DNA from: Antedon mediterranea
Taxonomy: Eukaryota; Animalia; Echinodermata
Assembly: GCF_964355755.1 (NCBI RefSeq)
Contig: NC_092673.1
Coordinates: 33,973,648 to 34,037,647, forward strand
Length of the DNA: 64,000 nt
Direction: 5' to 3'
The notes beneath the pieces are model-generated. The model was not told the origin of the DNA. It worked only from the letters and a program-made list of their open reading frames with translations, and searched no databases. The position numbers and the translations under genes are program-made. Numbering within the stretch: the stretch's first letter is position 1; each line of letters opens with the position of its first letter. Below, in pieces: positions 39,049 through 53,145 of this stretch.

Positions 39049-41316
39049 TAAGATAAGATAAGATAAGATAACTTTTATTGATCCTCAAAAAGGAAATTCA
39101 TTGCTCGTCATATTAACAAAGAAAACACTATAAAAACAAATATAGCATAAAACCATTCATATAAAAACATCTAAAAATTTACAATATAAAATTATCTTCT
39201 TGACTTCCTGTTGTACTGGATGATACCGGAGGGAATAAAGGATTTAGCAAATCGATTTGTTTTCACACCGAGGAGCCTCAATCTACCACTTGGATTAAGT
39301 TGGTCTATTATCACACTTTGTGGAGAGGATGAGAGGCATCCAACTCAATGCGTTCGAAATCTTTCTGGAGGTGTTCTAGGTGCACATCGGTAAAGGAAGG
39401 CAGTTCCAGACCAATCATTTTACCAGCCCGACGGATGAAAGTTTCAAGGCGTCCTTTATTCCCTCCGGTAACATTACCAGCCCAACAGGAGAGGCAATAC
39501 GTCCAAACACTACATATAACGGATCTATAGAACGAAAGTAACATCAAATCACAGGAGTTAAATTTATATAAAGTTCTCATACAATACATTCTGGGACTTA
39601 ATTTTTTGCTGATGAAGTCTATATGGTCTCCCCAACTCAGTTTATCATTGAAAACAATTCCTAGATACTTGTACTGGTCAACAATTTCAATTTCTTTACC
39701 TTTGATAGTGATTGGTTGAAAATTAAATTTATGTTTAGTCCTAAAATCAATGATCATCTCCTTTGTTTTTGATGCATTTATTTGGAGATAATTATCGTCA
39801 CAAAATTTAACAAATCTTTGTATTTCGCTACGATAATTTTCATCATTGTTTGAAACTATGAGACCAATAGTACTAGTGTCATCAGCGAATTTAACAACGG
39901 GGCAAAGCTCATCATTTAAAGATCTGTAATCCGCCGTATACAAGGAATATAATTTAGGTGCGTTGACAGTACCCTGAGGAACACCGGTGTCAGAGGTTAC
40001 GATTTCTGACTTAACACCATTAATATTAACAAATTGTTTTCTATCACAAATGAAATTTAAAACTAAACGAACAATCGGACGGGGAAACTCCATATTCAAC
40101 ATTTTGTCTGCTAAGATATGGGGTTGTATGGTATATTAAACGCAGATTGAAAATCAAAATACATAATACGTGCCGAGTGGCCTTTCTTTACATTATCTAG
40201 ATGTGAATACAATTTATGTAATTTAAAATAAATCGCATCACTGGTACTACGGAGTGATCGGTAAGCAAATTGCAACGGGTCTAACACTTTTTCAGCATAA
40301 GGTTGCATAATTTTTAAAATAATACGTTCCAATATTTTCATCGCGACAGACGTGAGTGCAACGGGTCTCAAATCATTCATGCTGTTAATCTTAGGTTTCT
40401 TAGGTACCGGTATTATGCATGAAAGTTTCCAAATATCCGGGAACGCATGATAAGAAAGACACATATTGAAAATAAATGTAAATATACCATCAAGGTGATT
40501 GGGATTCTATCCGGCCCAGCAGCCTTCGATGAATTGAGTTTCATGAATTCGTTATGTACATCAGAAATGCTTATACTAAATTTGGGATCATCTTCAGTCA
40601 CCCGACACAAGCTAAATAGAGCCTCTCTTTCTTTTTTAAAATCATGAACATTAAAACGGTTATAAAATTCATTTAACTCATTAACATATTGCACAGTAAC
40701 ATTCGGAATCGAGGTGGGTGTATTACCACCGTTTGTGTAACCACTCATAAGTTTCATTCCCTGCCAAACTTGTTTCATATTATTAGACCTGAAGTTATGT
40801 TCAACTTTTTTCCTATAAATGTTCTTCTGTTTCATTATTTCAGATTTAATCTCTCTAGTCAATATTTTCATACGATTAGAGTCGCCCATCTTAAAGGCTT
40901 TACGTTTCTCACACAACAGTAATTTAACGCCTTTCGTGATCCATGGCTTGTTGTTAGGGTAGATTTTCACTTTTTTAACTGGAACGCATTTATCAATACA
41001 AAAGTTTATGTACGAGCTCACTGCATAAGTAATACTGTTCAAATCTTCATCCTCCGTAAAAATATCCCAATCGGTAGATTCAAATTCCGCTATCAGGGCT
41101 TCCTCGGCTTCAGGAGACCATTTACGTACATTAATAATTTTTGGTTGGCATGTCTTATTTAACGGGCGATATTTAGGACTGAGTAAAATCAAATTATGAT
41201 CAGATTTGCCCAAGTTCGGTAGTGGGGTCGAAATATAGGCATCCTTCACACTAGAGTAGCATAAATCAAGAATCGCGTTGTCCCTCGTTTTACATGTAAC
41301 ATGCTGATGATAAGTG
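39049..41316 (-). mobile_element. 5'-truncated, frameshifted Rex1/Babar-like LINE
   Basis: Endonuclease C-terminus (TRDNAILDLCYS...SDH) and RT motifs RPVALTS, DPLQFAYR, DFQSAFN, GVPQG, KFADD, YKYLG, split over three ORFs. (TCTTA)n 3' tail. Confidence 0.9.
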
Positions 41317-41841
41317 GCCGTTGTTTTCTTTTGTTTTCTACTTACTAATTGTAATATTTCTATAATTAAAACAATTACAATTATCACCTTTGATAATTAT
41401 AATGTTAAATTTCAACTATCCAGATGCGAATTTTAGGTTGGGTTTTAAAAAACTTGACTTCATATGCTTCAATTTCGAAGATCTGCTTAAAACATATTTA
41501 TTTATTTATTCTACCATAAACCTTTATTCACAACATAATATTAGTAGGCCTACAATACAATATCTTGCATGAAACGAATATTTAAAAGTACACTATAATG
41601 TGTAACGGTAGAATTATAATTCTAATGTAAAAAATTAACAAAATAAAAATTGAACAGTGTTGTGTGTTGATCGCGAATACCATATTTCCCACAGCACATG
41701 TGCACACTCATTTGCATAACAAACGAACGGCATACCAAACTACGATGAGATAAAATTTAAAAAAAAAAAAAAATTTTTATATTAAAATAAATTGAGGGCG
41801 CTAAACATAAAATTTAAACCATAGCCTTAACTCTATTCCAC

Positions 41842-41913
41842 CGACCAGCGTGGGAATCGAACCCACGGCATACGTGTGTCAACACGACGCTCAGACGACT
41901 GAGCTAACTGATC
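41842..41913 (-). pseudogene. tRNA-like sequence (Val-GAC-like, anticodon loop one base short)
   Basis: Acceptor GATCAGT/GCTGGTC, D stem GCTC/GAGC, T arm GTGGG-TTCGATT-CCCAC, anticodon arm CGTG-TTGACA-CACG. Confidence 0.6.
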
Positions 41914-42007
41914 ATTTTGGTTTTAGCAAGGTTAATAGGATATTTATGACGTAATGATCATATAATACACGTATAAATAGACTATTAATTATCAGCTTTT
42001 TAGTCAT

Positions 42008-42078
42008 GTACCTGGTGGCGTAACGGACAATGCTTAGTTTCGAGTGCTATCCACTGGGGTTCGAATCTCGACGGATAT
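42008..42078 (+). repeat. Degenerate tRNA-like sequence
   Basis: A box TGGCGTAACGG, B box GGTTCGAATCT and a following T run; stems are poor. Confidence 0.5.
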
Positions 42079-42247
42079 TTTTTTTAATGAATATTCTTTT
42101 TTTTTTAAAGAAAGATGTGTGACACTGTATTGTCGAACATGTATGGTGCCATACCGGTAGGTATTCAAGTATGCTTAATCGATGTAAAAGTACTTGTAAA
42201 ATAATAATTCATCAATTCTCTTCTTTTTTTATCTCTATTGTCTTTTT

Positions 42248-42351
42248 AGTCGCGTGGACGCGACTCTATAGTTCACTATGTCGGTCGGTCGGTCGGTCGG
42301 TCTGGTATCACTATGCGTTTTAGCACGCGACTTATGGCTGTTGGCCTTGTT
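42248..42351 (+). mobile_element. Minimal (~105 bp) DINE-1/HINE-like element
   Basis: Same head, (GTCG)n core and 3' stem-loop as 26637-27441, inserted in a T run. Confidence 0.75.
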
Positions 42352-44460
42352 TATTATAAGTCAAAACTCCGTCTGGAACCCAGACTAAATATAAGCCAGT
42401 ATTGCTCTGTATATAAAGTCTATTCTACGTGGTCCCCATGTCTTGTCAATCTGTGGCAGCCTCATCGTAAAACAATATCGTTTTAGAAACAATTTCAATA
42501 ATGTCACAAATAAAAAAAAGTAAAAGTAGGCTGTAATTTATTTTTTATACATCTATTATTTTAATGCTCTGTAAACATACATCATACTATAAAGCATTTA
42601 ACTAAAACATATTGTGCCCAAAAGTTTTAAAATAGTAATTAAACAGTTCACATCATGCATACATATTCTGTTTTCTTTTTTTGCACCTTTTCCTATTTGA
42701 CCTCTTTTCTAAACCCGGGATTACTTCCGAATGCTAAAAAAACACATAAAACAATTCTCTTAACTACAGTACATACTTGGTTTCCTTAATAAAAAATTGC
42801 TCAATTTACCCAGCAATAATAAGCCAATACAGTATTTTGGTACTTTCTATGTGCACGTACATAATATTGGTACTAAATCATCTATAACGTTATCTTATAA
42901 TGTAACAGTAAATTGGTTAGTTTTAATCATTAGCAGGCATATCTGTATTCAATCAAATATTTCTATGTTCACCTTAATGTTTAAAGTAACTTGTTTATTT
43001 TCTGTAGACACACTATTAGCAAGCAAGTAAAATATAATATTCAACTAAAATATTACAGCTATTTATAATATAATTTTATTCTTTTACATATCCCACTATA
43101 TTAATGATAAAAAATAAAAAAATAAATAAGACTCATAATTACCATAAATCATGATGAAATATTATAATGTGTTTTCTAATATAAATGAATGATTAAAATG
43201 ATTAGTGCAAAGTTTTATGCAATAATTCGCATAATTTATATTCTAAACAAAGTATTTATTCTTAATTTAATTACACTACGAAAATAAAATTATTTAGATT
43301 TAAAATGCGAGAAATCAATGCAAATTGTAACATGTATTAATACATTGCAAATATTATTCAAATCAAACATTTATTTCTTTCAAAGCAAATGTAATTTTAA
43401 CACCTTGTTTCCTTTTTTGGTTCTTAAAGAATTAAAAAAAATGAAAGAAGAACCTTTGAACCTTATTTTGGGTAAGTGATAAATAATTGAGATAATAATC
43501 TTAAATAAATCAGAAGCAAAAATATTGATAACAAACAAACAGAAACGACACCGAAACAAAAGCACAACAGGAAAAAAACAATTAAAGGGCAAAAAAACAG
43601 AAAATGGGAAAACAAAGGTTGATTGACTGCATTATCATACAGAGATGAAAATTATACGAAGGTTATGGGAAAAGCTCTCTTCGATATGCAATTATTGATG
43701 TAAATACGCAAAATATTCCACAAAGAACCACTAAATCTGATATTGTGCTGGGACAAGATTGTGCTGAGGAATATGTAAGTTAAGGGACGAAAATAAAGTG
43801 CCATTGTGAACTAGAAAAGAGGTATAGCGCCAGTTAAAATGTTGGATTGATAAGAACTATATTGTACTAATTTATATATGAAAGGATGATGCTACTGTAC
43901 AATAAAGTGTGCAGATAATATTGATTGAAATAAAAAAGAAAGTCTAAAAATGATACCAAATTTTCCAGGTTTGACCAAAACCAATGTTAATGCTCAAGAA
44001 TTTAAATTAGCATTTTCTATAGTAATTTTAATTTATTTTGCCCAGGTTCCTTATTAAATTTGGTACATTGGAGTCTGTTAACGTTTAATGAGATTTTGTA
44101 GTAATAACATAACATTGAAGTTTAGCTAGAGACATGGTCTATGGTGTCGAAGCTTCCGAAGATCGATAAATGTATAGATATAAAATTCATTATTTTGTAA
44201 AGCATCCACGTTGTTATTTTGTGAATTACAAGAGAGAATTAGATTGCGGTGTCACATCCTTTACGAAAACTGTATAGATTATAGGAGAGATTGTGTGTTT
44301 TTAATGAAAGAATACAGTACATAGACATGTTAAACATATACAGGGGTTTAATTACAAGTAATCTCCATTCTCCCCAATAAGTTTGCTTTGGGTATATGTA
44401 CGGTAACTATCACTATTATTATAGCATTCTTTTAGGATATCACATAAATTACAATTCACT

Positions 44461-47400
44461 TTAATGATCAAACTGAACTTCTCTTCTAGAACACTCTCTG
44501 ACCATAGCATTCTTCACCTCAAATGATAAATTACAATTATGCATATTAAGCATACGCAGCATAGGACAAATATTGAATAAAGATGTACCATCAATTTGAC
44601 TGAAATTATTGTCACTTATATCCAGTTTAGATAACAATACCAAGGCAACATTTCTTGAACCCTCTCTGATTGTATCATTCATCACCTCACTTGATAAATT
44701 GCAATTATGCATATTAAGTTCATTAATATGAATAACGCGGATTAAATATGTCAGTGAAGCAAAATCAATTTGACTGAGATTATTATCGCTTATATCCAGG
44801 TTAGCTATTGTCAATGTAACTCCTCTATCAGAACACACTTTGATCGTAGCATTGATCATCTCACCCGATAAACTGCAATTATGCATATTAAGGTGACAGT
44901 GATTATGAAAGCTGCTGATTAAATATGCCAGAAAAGCACTATCAATTTTACTGAGATTATTATCACTTAAGTCCAGTTTATAGAATCCAAATTTAACACC
45001 TCTTCTAGAACACTCTCTGATCATATCATTCATCACCTCACCTGATAAATTGCAATTATGCATATTAAGGTCATGTCGATTATGAATAATACTAATAAAA
45101 CATGTCAATGAAGCACCATTACTTAGACTGAGGTCATTATCACTAATATCCAGGTTAGCTAATGTCAATGTAACTCCTTTAACAGAACACTCCCTAATCA
45201 TATCATTCATCATCTCACCTGATAAATTACAATTATGCATATTAAGGTCGTATAGATTATGAATATTGATAAAAATAAATGACAGTGAAGCACCATTTAT
45301 TTTACTGAGATTATTATCACTTAAATCCAGTTTAGATAAGGTCAATGTAACTCCTCTACTAGAATACTCTCTGATCATATCATTCATCAACTCACCCGAT
45401 AAATTGCAATTATGCATATTAAGGTCATGTGGATTATGAATAATGCTAGTAATATATGCCAGTGAAGAACCATTGATTAGACTGAGATCATTATCACTTA
45501 TATCCAGTATAGATAATTTCGAGGAAACTCCTTTTGTAGAACACTCTCTGTTCATCATATCTTTCATCACTTCAGCTGATAAACTGTATTTATCCTTAAG
45601 GTCATATCGATTATAAAAAACATTGGTTAGATAAGATGCCGCCATTGAAGTACTATCCATTTGACTGAAATGAATATCATTACCTACTTTCACGGTAACA
45701 TCTACACTAGAACTAGAACTGGTTATGTCATTCCTCTTAAATGATATACTATAACCACCCTTAATGTCATCTAGATTAGAAAACAAATTGGTTAAAGATG
45801 ATATTGAAGCGCCATCGATTTGACTGAGAGTATCACTAGATACTTTAAATGTAACATCTTTACTGATCATATCATTCATCACCTCACATGGTAAACTGCA
45901 ATTATGCATGTTAAGGCTGCACTGACTAATGTTGACTAAACATTCAAATGAAGCACGATTGATTTGACTGAGATTATTATCACTTATATCCAGTTTAGAT
46001 AATGTCAAAGTAACCCCTCTTCTAGAACACCCTCTGATCATATCATTCATCACCCCACCTGATAAACTACAATTATGCATATCAAGGGAATATCGATTAT
46101 CACTACTATTCATTAAATACGCCATTGAAACACCATCAATCTGACTGAGATTATTATCACTTATATCCAATTCAGATAATGTCAATATACCTCTTCTACT
46201 AGAACACACACTGACCATATCATTCATTACCCCACCTGATAAACTGCAATTATGCATTTTAATGTTACTAATATTGAATAAAGATGCAAGTGAAGCACCA
46301 TTAATTTTACTGAGATCATTACCACTGATAACAAGTTTATTTAATTGTGAAAATATTGGTTGCTTTCTGACATGTATTACTTCACTTGATCGAACTGATT
46401 TACTACAATGTTGTGATACTATATCATTCAAAATGGTACCTGTAAGAGCATCAGGCTTTGCAATGAAACATTTCAGTTGTGGAGAATTTGTTAAAATATG
46501 AACTAGTATATGTTCAGCAGTTGGATGATAAATGGTAAGGTGACTTATATCATATTTCATGTTGTGTTTTTCACATTCATCTATCACATAACTCATACAA
46601 TCTCCACCAATCCTTTCCAAAATTTTACTTTGATCTGACACAGCAATTAAACTGTGGGCAAGTACTTTCCCTTTTTCCCCAGATGGCATATTATCACAAA
46701 ACCTTTCATTAATTATGGGATTATGGATATCGTGAATTTTTCTCATAAGATAAAATAAATTGTTTGTATCTACACTTACATTTGGTTGTTGATAAGTGAG
46801 AAAGATTCTTAATGAGTTACATACAGAATTCATTATGTCTAACTGTGTGACATGATCCATAAGTTCATTTTCTACATCCTCCAAATGCTCTTTATTAAGC
46901 ACCCATTTTAAAAGCAAAATTAAAGAACGATATGTTGGAAATCTATTTGTGATCCAATGTTTCAAAAACATTGTAGCACCAGAACCAAGAAATCCAATAG
47001 CAAATTCATGTGTCATTTTTAAATGTTCACTTTCTCTTATATTCTCCCATTCTTCATCCCCTAATGTTGAAAGTAGCAAATTATTACTCTCACTCTCCAA
47101 ACTAACTAGTTCACACAGTTTGTATAGGTAAAACCCAACCAATGATTCTACTATTAACTTATGAGGAGCCGTATACGTCTTTGCCAATTTAGACTTTTTT
47201 AAATGCGTTTTGTCTTCATATACAAACCCAAGTTCTAGAGCAAGTGTGTCGTCTACTTTATCTCGTATAGCTATAGTATGTAAATCAGTTTTGATAAATG
47301 AAAGTTGATTATTCTTTAATCCGTCATACATACATTTTCCTAACAGAAGCATTGAAGTTAAATATTTCTCTGGTATTTCTTCAAAAGCTGGGATTTTAGA

Positions 47401-48284
47401 AATGTTATCTTGTCTGTTAAACTGATTCAAGATACATAGGAAAAAAGCTTTAAATAGATCTGCTTTGTCAGTTGGAAGGTGTTGCTCTTCTTCCCACATA
47501 AAACAAATTGAGAGAAGCAACATCGGATTTTTACACATTTGATACGCCACAATAGTAACTCTCAATTTTTCAATAAGAGAATTTCCTAATTCTGGTTTTT
47601 CAACCTGTTGAAAATATTGTGTAATATACTTTGTTACATTTTCGTAGTCGAATCCTTTGACTTGCACATGTACATTGCTGTTCTTAATGTATTCATCTAT
47701 ATTTATTGAACGAGAAGTAACTACTACTAAACTTCTTTCTAATCTTTGCTTTTTAAAAAGACGCAGTGGGCTTTTGTTTTGAAATCTTAATTCATCTAAA
47801 CCGTCTAAAAGCAATACAATTTCATCAGGATGATCCATTATAAATTTCTTGATCAATTTTGGATCTTCTGCTAGATCTGTTTCTAAGCTAAAGTCGTCAA
47901 GTTCAATTTCCTTTAGAATTAAATCTAAGATATTTCTATCTTTGTCTAAATCTCTAATATTGACAAGAAACAATATTTTACCTTTAAAAATTTCAAATGA
48001 TTTTTTAGTAGCCCAGTTGTACGCAAAGTACCTTAGTAACGTTGTTTTACCAATACCTCCCTCACCACTGATAAGAACTCTGCATTCAGGTGTAGATTCA
48101 ATTTTAAGTATAACGTCCTTTAATTGTAATTTTGTAGGTTTATCTCCTGCCTTTAGTAAAACCAGCTCGGTGAACATGTCAGCTATATCTACTTCAAATG
48201 CAGAATTCATGATTTGTGGTGTAAAACGATTACAATTGCGGTACAACCTTTGTTGATTGGTTAGCAGATAGTGTCTTATTTTAT
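44461..48284 (-). CDS. NLR copy 2, last exon: NACHT + extended LRR array
   Basis: GEGGIGKTT, LLLDGLDE, VVTSR, CKNPMLL, APHKLIVES, and 11 two-LRR modules. Acceptor TTTTTTTCAG immediately before 48284. Confidence 0.95.
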
Positions 48285-48640
48285 CTGAAAAAAATAAATA
48301 TGAATTGAAAACCTGTGAGAAATATTTAAACATTACAAAAGGTAGCGAAGCATATTTGCATAAGAGATAAAAAATTGTCACAGAATTTAAAAACGTCAAA
48401 AATGATTTATAATGGAATACGTATAATTATTATTTGCTTGTAATTATACAATCATTTTATAATTTTATAGTCATAAAAGAAAGTTTATAGCTATTCTACA
48501 TTTGTTTTGAACAGTTATTTAAAAATGATCTGCAATTATAATTATTCCCTACTTTAAAAATACTATTGAATTACAAATTAATATTTTTACGCGACATAAA
48601 ACATCACTGCATTCACTGTTACGTAATGAGTAACACATAC

Positions 48641-48688
48641 CTTCTGAATTTCTTGATAGTTGACATTGTTGTGATACTCTAGATTCTC
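48641..48688 (-). CDS. NLR copy 2, 48-bp linker exon
   Basis: Canonical AG/GT, phase 1-1, paralogous to 32774-32821. Confidence 0.8.
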
Positions 48689-49845
48689 CTGTAAAAAAAT
48701 AAATATTTATATAACAATAGATCCTTTGGTTGTCAACGCAATGGGAAAAGAAACAACAAACTATTAATAATGTAAATTAAACTGTAAATATTTTATTAAA
48801 AATTTAAAAGATGCAGTAGTGTTGCTTGACTTTTTGACATGACACTTGTTCAACCTTTAATAAATAATGCTTTAATTGATATTCTATTTGATAAATTCAG
48901 AGCGCATGCCCAGTTCGAGTTTACAAATACCCATTTTCATCCTTAGTAAACTATAAGCTTCCGCATGGTAACTGTTTCCTAATGCTTCAGGTCGCTTGGA
49001 TATAACTGCCTAAAGGGGCAGGCACGATAAAAAAAAAAATGCATTAAAAACATGTCGTAGGCTGCTACAAGTCTTCTATACTTAAAAGTAAGGCTTTTAA
49101 GCAGAGCCAAATTTAACTAAAGTTTAAAACAGACCATGGCCGAACTAATTAGTCAGGTTCCGCAATGTGAAACTTTGCCAAAAACATTATATTTCAAATT
49201 AAATCAGACTAAAGTCGATAAAACTAAGATAGACTTCGACATCGAAATATCAATACCTAGATAACAATATGACATAAACATGCCATATACTGTACACAGT
49301 TTAAAAACATGATGGAAAACACCGAGCGGACAATTTGGAGGCTCCGATAAAATGGTGCCTTGTACTTATAATAGATGGAAGATGGAATTTAGAAGCAATA
49401 TTGATAGAAACAAGACATAGTTTTAGAAGAAAACATTAAATTATCCTGTATAAAAATAAAACAAGTGATGTTTGCCTATCTTATAGTAATTAAATTTCTT
49501 TCTAGTTCATTCAACAATTATTTTAAGGAAATTTTATTTTAATCATCAATTAGATTGGAAACATAACACTATTTTGTTTTCATGAGTACCGGTATTAATT
49601 AAATTGAATAATGGTGTAGACCTACACAAAGGCACTTGGTATTTGAAATTTTAAATGTGATAATATTGATCACAACTGTCACGATGCTGATGTGATCTTT
49701 CAGATTTATATTAATAACTACCGGTATATACTGCAGCAATGACTACTCTATGGTGCATACAGCTACAAACAGAAATTACTTTTTGTTACCGGTAATTCTT
49801 ATCTGAAATATGAGTGAATATATGAACAGAAAATAAAATACATAC

Positions 49846-50385
49846 CACCATCTCTATCCTGTGCAGATTTTCCAAGACAATCTGTAAATCTAGTCATTTT
49901 TGAAGGCGTATCTAGAAGGTTTTCTTTCTCAAGTACAAAAATAGCATCCCAAATATTTGTGAATTCAAATTTATTCAGTTCATCATAATTATGAACAATA
50001 TTCTTCAACTCATCTTGTCCAACTCCTCTCAAGATCTGGAACAGTTCTTTACGAGATGTTGAAAGCGTCTCCTCGTCAAAAAGTTGAACATTGTTATCTG
50101 CCATATACTGGTTTATTTGACCTACTGCTTCACTGAAACCTGTCACTTTAGCTACGTCCAGCAAAAGACTAACTTTATGCGGTGTGATTTTACCTGTTCT
50201 TTGAAGTTCATTAAATAAACTCATTGCTGTAACATCATCACGATCAAGGTCTCCTAATGGTATGTATCCATGCAGGCAGAATCTCAACCATTTAAAATAG
50301 CGACCATCATAGTGTTTGCTAAGTTGAGCTTTTAAAGTTTGGAACTTTTCTTTAAGGTCGATTTCATCACACTCAGCAGTTTTGT
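49846..50385 (-). CDS. NLR copy 2, tandem death-effector-domain exon
   Basis: 540 bp, open frame, canonical splice sites, two DED-like helical units. Confidence 0.85.
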
Positions 50386-50697
50386 CTGGGAAAAAATTAC
50401 ATTAATAAATGTTACAAAAATGTATCCAGTTTATATAATATAACTAACGTACATCATCTCGCAAAATTCACAATAATCTTATTTGATGTATGAACAAAAT
50501 GTAACTGGCAGGATCAGTGGTTGGTTGCTGAATGTAGAAATAATTTAATTTTTAAAAAATAAAATCCAATGCTATCATCAACCCGAGTTCAACAATTAGT
50601 GAAAGGTGACCAGCATCATTAGGAGATGTAGTTTTCAAGATAGTACTACATTATGTTTTAGGAAATAGAAATAAATGTTACAAATTATTGTATATAC

Positions 50698-50713
50698 CTT
50701 TGGCGGACGCCAT
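50698..50713 (-). CDS. NLR copy 2, first coding exon (MASAK)
   Basis: Same as copy 1. The four exons sum to 16+540+48+3824 = 4428 nt = 1475 aa plus stop. Confidence 0.78.
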
Positions 50714-52308
50714 GTTGATCAAATATCTTTAGATGTTAAGCTGATGTCTAGTGGCGTGGGTCGTTCTGGCGCTTCTCCTGACTTGCTGCCTCCTACAACT
50801 CTTAGGCCTATACCTTGTTTATGTTTTTCAAAGCGTGTATCAGATGACGGGTTTAACATCCGCCAGTTCTGTAAGCGAAAACAAAGAAAATAAGTACATT
50901 TTAAAGTGGCATAAGTGATTTCCAGATTTCAAAAGACATTCCAAATTTCATAATTTAGACAACAAGTGTAAAAAATGTATTCATTTGTAATTCCGTTCTA
51001 ATAAGTTACAGAGTCATTTGAAAGCTGTGAAAGCTATATAAACTAACCTTTACAGGTTAGTTTACATATTAATTGTTGGTTTGGACAAAGGAACATTTCT
51101 AATTACTTATTACTACAAACCAGATGAACATTTTCAATCAAGATATTAGTCAGGTGGCTTAACAACAAAAAATGAGGAAATCGTGAGGAAAGGTGGTGGA
51201 AAAATCCAAAATGGCTGCCAGTAAACTAGGAAATCACATACAGTATCTGTGGACGGCAGACGTAATATGTAAATGAAGTAGCTGTAGTAAATGGTAGAGG
51301 TGGTATGTAAATTACAAGTAACTGTAAAACAAATCTATAAAAAAAAGTTATAACCAGTTCAGTTTCTGAAACCACATAAAATGTGGTATTTTGGGAAAAT
51401 AAAGATTGAGGGCGCTGTTCACATAAGTAAAAGTACACTTTTTTACCTGTAACTAACTAAGTTTTTGTCAGAATATTTTTTAAATGGTCTTATTTGATAG
51501 ATGATTACATTTTCTTTATATTAAAGAAAACAAATTGTACATTAAATATCCATAGTTCAGATAAATTTACGTTAAGTGCCTAAAATCAGCAAATATAACA
51601 CATTTTAATACATAACAAATACTATTGGATGTTAACAAATTACAAATTTAGTTATCATAAATAGGATTCTTTTACATTTTCATAGAAACTGTTTTATTTT
51701 AAAACATATAAATATACATTTTTCTAACAATTTCTCATAAAAAAACTTTCACGACCACTAGTTTTCGAGATATAGAAATGTGTACTACCAGTACAGGTCA
51801 AAGGTCAATAACAAGAATCTGGGTCATTTTCTTGGAAAAGTTTGTATTAGACTGAATAGAAACATTTTTAAAGTTTGTCCAACTGTTAGTTACCAAGTTA
51901 TATGACATGTAGGTCAAAGGTCAAAAATACCAAAAATCATACTTCCGGTCATTTTTTGACAAATGTTTCCATTAGGATGAATATTAATATGCATCTTCCA
52001 AATAATTTGACACTAAAATTATTTAATTTAATGTAAGCGTTGCGGAGATATGGTTATTTTGTTTTCAATTGGATTAAAATATTCAAATTGAGGTCAAAGG
52101 TCAAGGAAAAACTTTAGAAAATTGATAACATGGGTTTTTATAACAAGCATGGTTAAAAAATTCATAAAATGCAATGCTTGCACTTTCCTTCTGATTTGCA
52201 GACTAAAATACATTAGAAATGGGCTATTTGTGACTTTGTATAACGATTAGGGTAGATGTACCAGACCTCGGCAATGTGCCAAACCTTGGCAGGTTGTATT
52301 TATATTAG

Positions 52309-53145
52309 CAAAGAATATATATCACAAGAATGAGTAATCCGCGATTTTCCCTTTAACAGTAATATTGTCCATGTGGTAGGGCGCCGCCATAAGTGTGGAT
52401 GTATCTGGGATGTATACAACTTTTTGTGAAGGTTTCACTAATCAAAGGCTGGACCACCGGTGTATTTTTCGATGATAAAAATGTTATCAACTACATGCCA
52501 ACATCATGTTAAATACTATTTGGATATTTAATTGTTCGTTTTATGCAATTTATTTAGTAAAAACTGCCGTATAAACAGTTTGCTTTATCAACCGGGCGCT
52601 ACGATAGCGTGACCGGGCGTCTTGGTGTTTACGCGTTTTCACGAACGATAGTTTAATAATATTCCTATATTTAACTTGTTTCTGGTAAAACAAATAAATG
52701 TTAATAATATTTAACATTTTGTCCTATTAATAACATGTATTTTATACTAATTTATATCATAAAAACAATACTTAATTTACCGGGCGTAGAGTAGTACACG
52801 GCAATGGTAAAGAATAGGCCGTGCTGAGTAACGATTCATTGATTTTTGGTGTTGCTGTGTTAGGCTTTTTTTGTGAACTAACTTAGCATGTTAGTAAATA
52901 ATTGTCTGTAAAAGTGAATGTACACTAGTTTGTTAATAAATATGTATTATAAAATAGTTTACAATTGCAAAATATATTATCATAATTCTATTTAATGTGA
53001 CATGTATAATATCTATTAAATCAAGTCTTATTTAGTATGTATACATCCGCCCTTATGAGGGCGGGCATCACTCTCTGGAGCTCTCTGTTACAAATTTCTC
53101 ATGCAAAAATCGCGGAATACTCATTCTTGTGATATATATTCTTTG
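52309..53145. mobile_element. P-element-superfamily-like MITE, present only in duplication unit B
   Basis: ~40-bp TIR starting CAAAGAATATATATCACAAGAATGAGTA, 7-bp TSD ATATTAG (52302-52308, 53146-53152). The empty site is at ~36386-36392. Confidence 0.9.

Noticed and set aside
39311-41387. Reverse transcriptase next to NLR repeats as a retron/DGR-like diversifying system
   Set aside because: It is an ordinary truncated, frameshifted LINE that was passively co-duplicated; there is no template/variable repeat pair.
41842-41913. Functional tRNA-Val gene
   Set aside because: The anticodon loop is one base short, the anticodon is atypical, and it is embedded in repeat-like sequence.
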